This document shows, piece after piece, positions 40,585 through 53,943 of a stretch of DNA of 64,000 bases (within the stretch, counting starts at the first letter, position 1; each line of letters begins with the position of its first letter). The notes under the pieces were generated by a model, which was given only the letters and a program-made list of their open reading frames with translations, did no database searches and was not told the origin of the DNA. Made by a program: the position numbers and the translations under genes. This DNA comes from Thecamonas trahens ATCC 50062 (Eukaryota > Protista > Apusomonadida): assembly GCF_000142905.1 (NCBI RefSeq), contig NW_013657664.1:462133-526132 (forward strand), written 5' to 3'.

Positions 40585-40884
40585 ACCACGCGAGAGTGAG
40601 TGTGTTTAAGTAAAACCCCAGATTTGCGCGCGAAAGTTGGCGCCATTTTTTTTGTCATCAAACAACAACATGTTGCTGACTTGGGCTTCGGGTTGACCCG
40701 CGCCGGTTTGCGCCACCGTGTTGAAGGAGCACGGCGAGCGGGGCGAGTATGGCGAGCGGGGTGGCGGTTGAGGCACACTTGTCTAACACTTGCTGCTACA
40801 CTCGACTCCCACGTCCTCCCCTCCGGTACAACCCTTGCTAAGCCCTTCTATCTTGGGGCCAGGTGACAGCAAAGAAGCAGAGAC

Positions 40885-43800
40885 ATGGAGGTGGCGCAAG
40901 TGGTGGCAGCGCTGATCGACGGCGGCAGAGTTGGAAGCAGCAGCGAGCATGGGGCGCGTGTGGCGGAGAGCCTGGCTGCGTCAGCTGCTTTTACGCAGTT
41001 TGTCTCGATGCCAAGTGCTGGTATTGTGCAGGTTGACGTTGATGCCGGCGGGCGGGTGGTCGAGGTGGCGGTAGAGGCTCATCCGCCGGTGAGCGGGACG
41101 GCGAAGGTGGTGGTCGTCTCCAAGGCTGAGGCTGTGGTGGTGACGGCGAGCAACGCGAGCGAGGTGCTCCGGTGCAGCACCTTTGGGGCGGCACTGCTGC
41201 CTGCGGTCTACGCGCACGTCTCGGAAGTTGTCCTGCCGCTGCTGGCAAAGGCGACCGAGTCTGGCGCGCTCTCGCTCCCGGCGCACCTCAAGGTAGGCAA
41301 GCTCCTGGCTCAGCTGCAGAAGCGGCTGGGAGTGGCGCTCCGGGTCGCCGGCCTCGAGAGCGAGGACGGGTTAGCGGGCGGCGGCGATGCGCCGCTGGAA
41401 GCGTCGATTTTGAACCCGGCAGACGAGCTGAAGACATGGAAGCGTGCAGCGAGCAGTGGCGGAGCCAGCTCGGACGGCGGGCGGGTATGGGCGGCGTTTG
41501 CGCGTGTGGCCGGCGATGTGGCCCGGTTCGACGCGGCGTCGCTCGGCGAGCAGATGGACATTCTGGACGTGTTGCAAGAGGTGCTCGACGAGGTGTGGTG
41601 CCTGGACCTTGCGACACCGTTTCCGCAAGAGCGGATGGCGCACTTTATGGAGGTGGTCTCGCACGCGGTGGGGCGTGCGGCCGGGGCGGCCATTGGCGCG
41701 GCGCCGGAGCCTGCCGAGCCGCGGGGCATGCCGCGGCTGTTCAAGATGCACCCGTCCAAGGCGCGGGCGCAGCTTGCGGGCGCGGCGCGACTGGTCTCAA
41801 GCTGGAGCGTGGCGACGCAGCGGCTGACCGGAGTGCTGTGGCGAGGCGCGGCGCACCCGTGGCGTGGCTCGGCGTTTTCGTCCGAGTACCTGGCTGCAGT
41901 CCACGCGCGGCTGTCGGAGCTGAGTTCGATGCTTGCGTCGGTGGCGCAGCTGCTGGAGCTTGCGCCGGCCGACGAGGCTGCGGCTGCGGGAGTGGCAGAC
42001 CGTGGGGCGCTCTTTGCGCCGTTTGCCGGCATCTACCTCCTCGAGCTCAACGTGGCCAACCCGAGCGCAACGGCGTTTGCTGAGGCGGCCAAGGTGTTTG
42101 CGTCGAGGGTGGTGCCGCTCGAGGGAGCAGTGGCGGCCGCGCTGGAGGCCTCGCTCTCCAAGCTCGCGGCGTCGCCTGCGCAGCTGCTCCACGCTGTGGA
42201 GCGCAACTTGGATGCATTGCTGCGGCCGACGGTCTTTGGCGCGCTCGCCACGTTCCGCGGCGTCGTCGCCAGCGCGCTCCTGGAGCTCTCGGCCGAGCTC
42301 GAGGGCGAGCTGAGCGGGCTCAAGGCGAGCCCGCGCAGCGCGTCCAAGCTGACTGGACTCGACTTGCCCGCCTCTGTCGAGAGCATTGTGGAGGCCAAGG
42401 GCATCGAGGCACGAGCGGAGCACTTGCGGAGCATTGGATCTGCGGTGTGTGGGCGCGAGGAGGGTGGAGCGCGGGCGGTGGGTGCACTCAAGGCCGTGTC
42501 CGCTGGCGCGGCCGAGTTTGTGCACGGCGCGCACGGCGGATGGGTTCGCGACGTTCTCCACGGGGTCGAATCAGCGGAGCTTGTGCTCGAGCTGACCGGC
42601 AAGGTGCTCGGCCTGTCTGCGAGCGACGGCTCGATGGTGGTCTCGTTCTCGCCGCGGCTGGTGGCGCTCCTCCGCGAGGTGCGGGTGCTTTCGGGCCTCG
42701 GGCTTCCTGTTCCGCAAAGCGTGACGAGCGCGTTTGAGGTGGGAACCAAGTACTACCGCTACGGCATGGTGCTGCGGCAGGTGGCGGCGTTCTACAACTC
42801 GCTCGGCTCTGAGATTATTTTCTCGCAGATGCCGATGATGATGGACGCTTCGCGCGAGTTTGAGGCGCTGGTCTCATCGGCTTCGGACAAGCTGTCATGG
42901 GAGGCCGAGGCCGAGCTCTCCGAGTACGTGGACCGTGTACAGGCGAGCGCCAACAAGCTGATGGATCTTAACCGGCGGCTCCGGAGCGTGCACTTTGAGC
43001 TTGTGGCCGTGGTGTTGCGGCTGATGGGCACGTCACTGTTGACGGAGCGTGAGGCGTGGCGCGAGGGTGTAGCGCAGATCAACGGGGCCATTGCGGCGCT
43101 TCAAGCCGAGGGCTTTACCGGCATGGACGGGTGGGTGGCGCACTGGAACCAGCAGCTTTACAAGGCGCTCGAGTACCAGTACCGCGAGGGCCTGGAGACG
43201 CTCAACGCGCAGCTGCCGCCGATCAAGGTGGCGCTGGTGTACAAGCAGGGCGCGCTCGCGTTTGAGCCGGCGTTTGAGGAGCTGCGGCTGCAGTACTACG
43301 CGGCGCTCAAGAAGTTTGTCTCAATTCCGCACAAGTTCAAGGGTGTCGGCGTCCGGGGCTCGAACATTTTTTCATCGATACTTGCCAAGAATGGGCAAGC
43401 GCTGGAGCGGGTGTACATTCTCGCCGAGGCGCTGTTTGGCAAGCTCGAGGCGGCCAAGGCGCCATTTGAGGAGTGGGTGGCGCTGGGGCGAGTCGACGTC
43501 CGCAAGTGGATTGCGGCGACCTTTTCCGAGCTCGCCGACTGGGAGCGCAACTTTCGGGCGCTCAAGAGCCGCGGCAAGGCGTTTGAAAAGGCGTTGCCGG
43601 ACAGCATCGAGGTCGAGTGCATGGTGGTGTCGACCATTCCGGTCAAAGCAGCAATCGACGGATTCATGCGGTCGTTTGCCGACGCGCTGGTGACGACGCT
43701 CAAGCAGTCGTCGTCGCACGAGCTCCAGCTCCTCCGTGGCTACATGGACGAGGGCAAGGCGGTGCTGAGCACTCGGCCGCAGTCTGTGCAGGAGATTGGC

Positions 43801-46800
43801 GAGGCCAAGGGTGCACTGGCGGCACTTGTCAAGCGCAAGCGCGAGATGCTCAAAGTCCGCGGCGAGCTCTCTGCCAAGTCCAAGCTGTTGCGGAATGTGG
43901 TGGGCGGCGGGATCGAGCTTGGTGAGTTTGACGCGGCGTGGGAGCAGTTTGAAATTGGGCTTGACGCGCACGGCATGCTCATCGAGTCGCAGACTGCGGC
44001 GCTCAAAAACAACCTGCAAAGCCGGCAGGAGGAGCTCAACGCTGAGGCGGCCAAGCTGGCGAGCCACTGGACGGAGGCGCAGCCTTCGGCGGTCACGCTG
44101 GCGGATCCTGCGGCGGCTGAGGCGGCGGCGACGGTTGTGGCCGAGTACAAGGGCGAGCTGGGCGAACTTGTGGCGCGCGGCGCGAGCCTGCGGGCAGACT
44201 GCGAGCACTTTGCACTTCCGCCGCCGGACCTAGAGCCACTCGACAGTCTCGCGGCCGAGATCGAGGGTGTGACCGGGGTGTGGGATGTGTTCTCGGCGTG
44301 GTCGGCGGAGCTCTCCGAACTGGCGAGCGTGGAGTGGTATACGTTCCGAGCACGGCTGTACGTGTTTGAGGAGTTTGTGGCCAAGTGGCGGGCGAAGCTT
44401 CTTGGCACGGGCGGCGAAGCGAGCAAGGACGGCGGCAGTGGCGGTGGCGACGATGACGGGTCTGACGACGGATTCGGGGCCGGAATGGGGGCCGACGACG
44501 AGGCCGAGACTGGAGGGCCACAGCTCGATGGCAACTCGCCAATTGTCAAGCATCTGCAATCTGCTGTGCGGCTGTACTCGCGAGTGTACTCTGTGCTCAA
44601 GTACTGCCGCGGAGACTCGTTTACGGCCGAGCACTGGGCAGCGCTGTTCCGGATTGTGGGCCTTCCGCGCGGGCTCAAGGGCTCACAGCTGACGTTTGGC
44701 CATTTTCTGGGCGTGATGGAGAAGATCGAGGCTGGGGCGAGCGAGCTCAAAGCGCTGCACGACCGGGCCGAAGCCGAGGTGACCGTGCGGCAGGCGCTGG
44801 CTGAGATGGACGCTTGGGGCGCAGAGGCTGTCTTCTCGCTCCTGCCACCGTCAGAGACGCGCGGGGTGGCGCTCATCACCGAGTGGAAGGACTTGCTGAC
44901 GGAGGTTGGCGACAAGCAGTCGCTGCTGCAGTCGCTCAAGGACTCGCGACTGTACTCTGTGTTTGCCAACCAAATCGACGGATGGGAGCGCAAGCTGGGC
45001 GCGCTCGACTCTGCGCTAACGCAGCTGAACTTGATCCAGCGCAAGTGGGTGTACTTGGAGCCAATTTTCTCCAAGGGCGCACTCCCGTCCGAGGCTGCAA
45101 GGTTCAAACGGATTGACGATGACTTTGTGTCGGTGCTTGCGGCTGTGGCGGCGGATCCGCGGGTGGTCTCGCTGCTGGCATACCCAGGACTTGAAGAGAT
45201 GCTGCCGATGACGCTCGACCAGCTGGAGCGGAGCCAACGGGCTCTGGCAGCGTTTCTGGAGGCAAAGCGATCGGCGTTCCCGCGGTTCTACTTTATCGGC
45301 GACGATGATTTGCTGGAGATTCTGGGCCAGTCGACCAAGCCGGAGGTCATCCAGTCCCACCTCAAGAAGCTGTTTGCCGGGGTGGCGTCTGTGACGTTTG
45401 ACGGGTCGAAAACCTCGATTGTGTCGATCAACTCGTCCAAGGGCGAGCGTGTGGCGCTCCAGCCGCCGCTCACGCTCACACCGCAAGTTGAGGAGTGGCT
45501 GAGTCGACTGGTGAAGGCGATGCGGAGCGCGCTCGCGAGCCAGCTCGACGAGCTGTTGCGGACTGGCGCGTGGGACGACGAGAATGGGCTCTCGGTGGCA
45601 GCACTCAACGGGTACCCGTCGCAGCTTCTCTCGCTGGCGGAAAACATTGGGTTCGCCGCAAGCGTGGAAAAGGTGCTGAGCGGGCGAGGCGAGGGCATCG
45701 AGGGCGGGCTGGAGACAGTGCTCCGGGTGTGCCTCGGCAAGCTCAAGGCGTACACAGGCATTCACTCTCAGCTCGACGCGAGTGCGGCGTCGAAGCTTCT
45801 CTCGGCCAAGATCAAGAACCTTGTACTGGAGCTCGTGCATAACGCAGACGTGACCTCGATGTTGCTTGCTGCGCGGCAGGGCGGCGGCCTCCGACTGGGG
45901 GCGTCGTCGTGGGAGTGGAGCAAGCAGCTGCGATTTGTTTACGACGGCCTCGGTCGAGTCCGTGGCGTGATGGGCGACGCGGCGTTCGAGTACACGTTCG
46001 AGTACCAAGGCAATGTGTCCAAGCTTGTCCACACAGCGTTGACGGACAAGTGCTACCTGACTCTGACACAGGGCATGGCACTGGGCTACGGCGGCAATCC
46101 GTATGGACCGGCCGGAACCGGCAAGACCGAGTCGATCAAAGCGCTGGGCGCTTCGCTCGGGCGACAGGTCCTTGTTTTCAATTGCGATGAGGGCATCGAT
46201 TTTAAGTCGATGGGACGCATCTTCACGGGGCTGGTCAAGTGTGGGGCGTGGGGCTGCTTTGACGAGTTCAACCGCCTCGACGAGGTGGTTCTCTCTGCGG
46301 TCTCGCAGCAAATCCAGACGATCCAGAGTGGGATCAAAGCTCGGGCTAGCAGCATTTCGCTGCTGGGCAAGACTGTGGAGCTCGACGCCAACTCGGGCAT
46401 TTTTGTGACGATGAATCCCGCAGGCAAGGGCTACGGCGGACGGTCGAAGCTTCCGGACAACCTCAAGCAGCTGTTCCGACCTGTGGCGATGTCCAAGCCA
46501 GACCTGGAGCTCATTGCGGAGGTTATTCTCTACGCCGAGGGCTTTAGTGGGGCCAAGGGCCTCGCGAAGAAGCTGGTCTCGATGTACGGGCTCAACGCAC
46601 AGCTGCTCTCGAAGCAGCAGCACTACGACTGGGGTCTCCGTGCGCTCAAGGCGGTGCTCTCGCTTGGCGGGAGCCTGCTGGGCCGTGAGCGGAACGCGCG
46701 CCGGGCGGCCGGGGCGAGCGCCGAGCTGAGCGGCGAGGAGGAGACAGCGCTACTGGTGAAGGCGCTGCGGTCGAACACTCTGAGTAAGCTGACGTATGCC

Positions 46801-49800
46801 GACTCTGTGCTCTTTGAGGGCCTCGTGGGCGATCTGTTCCCGGGAGTGACGACCGAGGCGATTTCGTACGCGGAACTGGAGAGCGCGCTTGCCGAGGAGC
46901 TGAGCGAGCGACGACTGGTGGTTGTGGAGCGGCAGATGACGAAGCTGCTGCAGCTGTACGAGGCGACGAACCAGCGGATGGGGGTTGTGATTGTGGGGCC
47001 GTCCGGGTCTGGCAAGTCGACGCTGTGGCAGGTCCTCGCCGGGGCGCTCAACCGGCTGGGCGGGCGCGGAAGTGTGGTGACTCAGGTGATGAACCCCAAG
47101 GCGCTGCCGCGGCAGCAGCTGCTTGGCTCGCTGGATTTGGACACGCGCGAATGGGCCGATGGTGTGCTGACGGCAGCGGCACGTGAGGTTGTAGCGCGAC
47201 CGGCCCGGGTGCGGTCGTGGATTGTGTGCGACGGCGATGTGGACCCCAAGTGGATTGAGTCGCTCAACTCTGTGCTCGACGACAACCGGCTGCTGACGAT
47301 GCCAAACGGCGAGCGGATTCAGTTTGGGAGCAACGTCAACTTTGTGTTTGAGACGCACGACCTGAGCTACGCGTCGCCGGCGACAATCTCGCGGATGGGC
47401 ATGATTTTCCTGTCCGAGGCCGAGCTGAGCGCGGAGACGCTTGTCGCAGGCTGGGCGAGCCGGAGCGAGGCGAGCAGCAGCGCGCGGGCGTGGATGGGCG
47501 AGCTGGGCTCGCTGCTGGAGGGTGCTGAGCTCGGGGTGCTGCGGACGCTGTTTGCGCTGCTGGAGCAGGCTGGAGCGGGCAGCGAGCTGAGCAAGGAGGC
47601 GTTCGCTGTGGCTGCGGTGCGTGCGCTTGCCGGCGCGGCTGCGTCTGGGGCCAAGGCATCGACGGCCAAGGCGGTCCTTGCTGCGCTTGGGGTGCGTGGG
47701 GTGGCGTCGCGCGAGGCCGGTGCGGTGTACTACGACGAGCGGTCGCGGAACGTGCGGAGCTACGGATATGTGGCGCCGTCGCTGAGCGTGGACGATGTCT
47801 CCCGCGGCGTGCTCGTGGAGACGGTGGGTGTGCAGTCTGTGCTCGGAGCCGTGGTGCCGCTGCTCGAGGCCGGAATGCCGGTAGTTGTGGAGGGACCTCC
47901 CGGAGCAGGCAAGGAGCTTGTGCTCCGAGCTGCGTTTGCGCGGCTCGGCGGCGGTCGGGTGGCGTCTGTGCACTGCTCGTCGCAGACGCGGGCGTCTGAC
48001 GTGATTCGCAAGCTGTATGAGAGCTGCATTGCGGTGAACTCGAACAAAGGCCGGGTGCTGCGGCCCAAGGGCGGGCGACTGCTCACGGTGTACCTCAAGA
48101 ACCTCAACATGGCGACGCCCGACGAGTACGAGACGTCTGAGCTTGGGGCGCTTCTGCATCAGCTCCTCACATATGGTGGGTTTTACTCGAGCGAGCTCGA
48201 GTGGGTTGCGCTCGAGGGCGTGGTGTTTGCTGGATCGATGAACCCGGCGACGACGCTGGGGCGGTACGCGCTCTCTCCGCGGCTGTCGTCGTTGGTAGCG
48301 ACGATCCGAATCGACTACGGGAGCAGCGACGAGCTGAGCGCAGTGGCAGAGGCGTACGTCGAGCCTGTGCTCGGTGCGCTTGGCGGCGGAGCCGGGGCCG
48401 GGCGCGCGAGCGCGCTAGCGGCTGCGCTGGTCCAAGTGTACAACCAGGTTCGGGCCAAGTTTACCGTGGATGAGGCGCGTCACTACCTTTTTACGCCGCG
48501 CGAGCTGCTGGGGTGGGTGAGCTCGCTCCTGCGGTACTCTGTGGGAAGCGACGAGGGCTTTGAAGGCGTGCTGGACGTGGTTGTGGCAGAGGCGCGGGCG
48601 CGGTTTGGCGAGCGGCTTGTTGACGAGCGTGCCTGCGCACGGTTTGACGCGATTTTGGGCTCTGTCTTTCGTGCGTCGTTCAACTATGCACCTGCGGAGC
48701 GCGGTCGGTCTGTGTACACTAGCTGGTCACCGACGGCCGACGGCGAGGGCAAGCTAGGGCTGATGGCGCTGGAAGGCTTTGCCAAGGTTGTGCAGGGAGG
48801 CATCAAGGTGTTTGAACGGGACTGGCAGGAGCTCAAGCTCAAGATTTTCCCCCAGATGCTTGCATTGGCGGCGAGCTACGACCGTGTGCTGTCCGCAAAA
48901 GACGGAAGCGGGCATGTGCTTGCTGTGGGCGCACCCGGGACGGGTAAGTCGTCGCTGCTCAAGGTTGTGGCACACATGCACTCGTACGAGATTGCGGTGA
49001 TGAGCGTGTCGCGGCCGCCGTCGATCAAGGAGTTCCGTAACTGGCTCAAGGGCGTACTGTTGAAGGGCGGTGTGGAGGGGACTGGCGTGCTTGTGGTTGT
49101 GCGCGACTCGCAGGTATTTTCGGCCGAGGTGCTCGAGGCGCTCAACGCGCTTCTAGGCTGCGGCGAGGTGCCGGGCCTGTTCACGCCCGAGGAGCTCGAT
49201 GGGCTCCTTGCGCCGCTGCGGCCGGTGGTGGCGGAAATAGGCTGGTACGGGAGCGTAGGCGAGCTTTTTGTGTCGCGAGTGCGGGCGAATGTGCACGTGG
49301 CGCTTGTCATGGATCCGAGCGCCGAAGCGTTTGGCGCGCAGACCGAGTCGAATCCTGCGCTGTTTGCGAGTGCGCAGGTTGTGTGGAGCGCTGCGTGGAC
49401 AAAGGACTCGCTGAAGCGGCTCCCGCGTGTGCTGCTCAAGAAGGTGGTGGGCAAAATGGAGGACCGCGACGAGGTGCTCAAGTTGCTGCGCGGAGTGCAC
49501 AGCAGCGCGCCTGGCAAGCCGCCACCGCGCAAGTTTACGCTCCTCCTCCACACGTACGCCAAGGTGCTGGCGAAGAAGCGAAAGGCGCAAGAGTCGCAGA
49601 CGGGCCATCTCCGTGCTGGGCTGTCGAAGCTTGCGGAGGCGGCCAAGGTTGTGGACGAGCTTGGCGCCGAGGCTGCGGAGCAAGAAGTGCTGCTTGCGGA
49701 GAAGGAGGCGAAAGCGGATGCAGCGCTGAGCGCGATTACCAAGGCTGTGGAGGACGCGTCAAGCCAGCGGGCGGAGATGGAGCGGCTGGAAGAGCGGCTT

Positions 49801-52800
49801 GCTGTGGAGGAGGAGCAGCTGACACGGGAGAAGGCCAAGATCGACGCAGAGACGGCGCAGGTGCAGCCGATGCTCGAGTCTGCCGCGGCGGCTGTGGGCT
49901 CGCTGGACCGCAAGTCGCTGACAGAGGCGCGGACGATGCCGAATCCGCCGACTGCGGTGCGCGACGTGCTTACTGTTGTGCTGCAGATGATGGGGTCGGA
50001 AGACACGTCGTGGAACGCGATGCGTGCGTTCCTTGGGCGCAAGGGGCTTGTGGAGGAGGTGCTCTCGTTTTCTGTGCAGTCGCTCTCTGAGCGGAAGATC
50101 AGCAAGCTGGAGGGCTTGTGGACAAGTATGCCAACTCGTTCGAGGCGTCGACGATCACGCGGGCAAGCCGGACGATTGCGCCGCTTGCGGCGTGGGTGCT
50201 GGCGCAGCTCGAGTACGCGCGTGTTGTGAAGCAGATCCGGCCGCTGATGGACGCGCAGGCGTCGCTGGAGGCATCGCTGGACAAGTCTGCCCGACGGGTG
50301 GCGCGACTGCAGGGCGAGCTGGAAGAGCTCGACGCGCGAGTTGCCAAGCTCAAGAAGGAGTTCAAGAAGCGGACGCGCGATGCCGAGAAGCTGCAGAATT
50401 CGCTGGAGGGCGTGCAGGTGAAGAAGGCGTCGGCGGACAAGCTGTTGTCGCAGCTGGGCGGAGAGCGCGAGCGTTGGGAGCGTCAGCTGGGCGAGTACAC
50501 AGAGGCCGAGGCGGCGATGCCGCGCGAGGCTGTGCTTGCGGCGGGCTTTCTGGTATACCTCGGCGGACAGGCCGAGGGCGAGCGGGCGCGTGTGCTGCAG
50601 ACGTGGAGCGAGCTTGCTCGACTTCCACGTGGATGGCGTGTGGAGAGCTTCCTCGCGTCGGAAGCGGAGCTGCTGCGGTGGAAGGCGGCGGGGCTGCCGT
50701 CGGACTCGCTGAGCGTGGAAAACGCGGTGGTGATTCTGGAGAGCGAGGCGCCACGGGTGGTGATTGATCCGGGCGGAGCTGCGGTTGCGTGGCTCAAGTC
50801 GTGGCTGAGCGAAGGCGGAGGCGGAGGCGAGAAGAAACGAGGTGGCGACGACGGCAAGAGCGACGACGACGACGACGACGGATCTGACGACGGGCAGAGC
50901 GGCGGGTCGCGGAGCGGGCGGGTTGTGGAAGTGATTGCGTCTTCGGACCCGCGGCTGAACACCAAGCTCGAGCTAGGCGTGCGGTTTGGCAAGACAGTGG
51001 TGCTGGAGAACGTGGACAGTATCGACGAAATGCTGCTGCCGCTGCTACGGCGCGATCTCCGTTTGCAGGGAACGCGGTCTGTGGTGCAGCTCGGCGAGAA
51101 GGTTGTGGACTACAATCCGGAGTTTGAGCTGTTTGTGACCTCGCGTGACGCGCACCTGCGGGTGCACCCGGACGTGGCGGCGCTTGTGACGGAGGTCAAC
51201 TTTTCTGTTACGGCGTCGGGCCTCGAGTCGCAGCTGCTGGGCTACACGCTCCGGCACGAGCAGCCGCAGCTGGAAGAGCAAAAGTCTGCGCTGCTTCGAG
51301 AAGAGGAGGAGCAAAAGGTGGAGCTTGCCGAGCTGGAAAAGTCGCTGCTGGAAACGCTTGCGACGTCTTCGGGTGACTTGCTGGAGAACCAGGAGCTTGT
51401 GGCGTCTCTCAATGAGACGAAGCGAAAGAGTAAGGTGATTGCAGATGCGCTTGCGCAGAGTCGGGCGAACCAAGCTGTTCTCGACGAGCAGCGCGAGGCG
51501 TACGTTCCGATTGCGCGGACCGGGTCTCAGCTGTACTTTCTCGTTGCCGGGCTGGAGAAGCTCAACGCGATGTACGCGTTCTCGCTGGGCTCGTTTGTGG
51601 AGCTCTTCCACGAGGCGCTTGGCGCCGAGGTGTCTGGCGGAGCGGGGGCTGGGATCGACGGGCGGCTACTGCGGCTGCAGAGCACGCTGCTGCGGCTTGT
51701 GCACAAGTATGTGTCGGCGTCGTTGTTCAAAGAGGACCGGCTCGGATTTGAGCTGCATTTGGTCCACGGGCTGCGACCGGAGCTCTTCCTGGAGGGCGAG
51801 TGGGAGCTCCTTGTGTCTGGCGGGACGGGCATGGGCGGGAGCGGGAGCGGACCTGTGCCGTCGTGGGTGCCGGCGAAGCGGGCGAGCCACTTTGCGGCGC
51901 TGCGGGCGAGGGTGCCAAGCCTTGTGAGCGCTGCGGAGCTGAGCGAGAGCGCGATGTGGTCGCCGTGGAATGCGACGACGGAGGCCGAGGCACGGTGGCC
52001 CGAGGTTGTGGCGCGTGCCGGGCTGTCGTGGGTGCAGAAGCTGCTGCTGCTGCTTGTGTTCCGGCCGGACCGGCTGCTGACGGGGATGCGGGCATTTGTT
52101 GACTCTGTGCTGAGCCTTGGGTCGAGCGATGTGGAGCTGCGGAGCGTGGCGGAGCGTGTGGGCGGGCTGCGACCTGCGCTGCTTGTTGCGACTGCGGGTG
52201 CAGACCCATCTGTAGAGCTCGAGGCGCTTGCGGGCGAGGTTGTGGGCGCGCGGCGGTACTTTCAACTTGCGATGGGCCAGGGCCAGGGTGAGGCAGCGTT
52301 GCAGCTTGTGCGCGAGTGTGCCAAGAGCGGCGGGTGGGTGACGCTCAAGAACCTGCACCTTGTTCTCCCGTGGGTTGCAGAGCTCAATAAGGAGCTGTCT
52401 GGGCTTGCGAGTGGCGAGGTGCACCGCGAGTTCAAGCTCTGGCTGACGACGGAGGCACATGCTGGATTCCCTGCCAGCCTTGCTGCACGGTGCGTGAAGA
52501 TGACGGTGGAAGCGCCGCCTGGGCTGAAGCGGAACCTCGCGCGGAGCGTGGAGGCCGTACTTGGGGCAGGCGAGGAGGGCGGGAGCTGCGGGCAGGCGCG
52601 GTTTGCACTCGCGGTCTTTCACTCGCTGGTGCAAGAGCGGCGGTCGTACATGCCGCAGGGCTGGTCCAAGTTCTACGAGTTCTCCGAGGCGGATCTTCGT
52701 GTGGGCGCGAGCGTGGTGACTGCCGAGGTGAGCGGGAAGGGCCCGGGCGAGGTGCAGTGGGACAAGGTTGTGGGCCTGTTTGAGAACGCGATCTACGGCG

Positions 52801-53933
52801 GGCGTGTCGACAACGAGTTTGACATGCGCGTGCTTGTGACGTATCTCGGTAAGATGTTCAACGGCGGAGTGATTTCCGGGCGCGGTGGCGGCGAGCTAGT
52901 GCCCGGAATGCGGATGCCAGCGAGCGGAAGTTTGGCCGAGGCGCGAGAGGCTGTGGCGCGGCTGCCTGAGGCGGACGAGCCAGGCGTGTTTGGCTTGCCG
53001 GCCAACATCTCGCGCGCGGTGGAGCAGGCGCGGAGCGCCGAGGTGATTGCGCAGCTCAAGGCGCTCGGGACGAGCCAGGGCAGCAGCTCGGGCTTTGACC
53101 GGGTGAGGTGGGCCAAGGGCCTCGAGGCTGTACTGCAGCAGTGGGCGGGCGCGACGAGCTCGTCGGGCGTGCTTGACCTTGTGGCCGGAGGCGGGAGCGG
53201 CAGCAGCGGGCGGTCGCCTGTGGCGGCGTTCCTAGAGCTCGAGTTTGTGCAGGCGATGGAGCTTGTGGAGCTCGTGGACGGCGTGCTTGGCGAGGTTGTG
53301 GAGGTGCTTGAGGAGCGGCGGCTTGTGAGTCCTGCGATTGTGGAGCTCGTGGAGGGCTCGCTGCTCTCGGGGAGCGTGCCCGAACCGTGGTTTGCACGGT
53401 GGGAGGGCCCGCTGGAGCTTGGGGCGTGGCTGGGCGAGGTTGTGCGACGGACGGTTGCGGTGAGCGAGTGGCGGAGCCGTGCGCGGGCGTCGCTGGAGAC
53501 GCTGCTGCAGGATGAGCTTGTGCTCTCCGAGCTCTTCCGGCCGGGCACGTTCCTTAACGCGGTGCGGCAGGAGAGCGCGCGCAAGCTCGGGGTGGCTATG
53601 GACAGCCTTGCGCTGGTCTCGTCTGTCCGGCAGCAGCAGTGGGTCGGCACGATTCGCGTGGGCGGACTCCTGCTGCAGGGCGGAAGCTACTCGGGCGGGC
53701 GCGGGGTGCGGCTTGCAGATGCCACGACACCGTCGTTTGCGGCGCTCGGCTCGTTGTACATGGCGTGGGTGCCCGAGGCCGAGGCCGCCGAGTGGCGGGC
53801 GCGGATTGCGGGCGTGCCGCTGTACGAGGACGGCAGCCGCGACAAGATGGTGGTGGAGGTTGGCGTGGAGGTGGAGGGCGGCGAGGTGTCGGAGTTTGTG
53901 CTCGCCGGCCTCGCGGTCTTCCTTCGCGAGTAA
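40885..53933 (+). CDS. DYNC2H1: Cytoplasmic dynein-2 (IFT dynein) heavy chain, about 4350 aa, no introns seen; frameshift at ~50112-50114
   Basis: GGNPYGPAGTGKTES, WGCFDEFNRL, the dynein-2-type NPAGKGYGGRSKLPDNLKQLFRP, QQHYDWGLRALK, GPSGSGKS, stalk coiled coils, and ERRSYMPQGWSKFYEFS. Confidence 0.95.
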
Positions 53934-53943
53934 AGCAAAACGG

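Noticed and set aside
40885-53933. Dynein-2 pseudogene or naturally split heavy chain
   Set aside because: There is a single 1-nt defect in a G run with otherwise intact motifs over 13 kb; sequencing error is much more likely.
24670-53933. LIC and heavy chain as a co-located dynein complex
   Set aside because: The LIC has dynein-1 features (FFxSLL helix) while the heavy chain is dynein-2, so they belong to different complexes.
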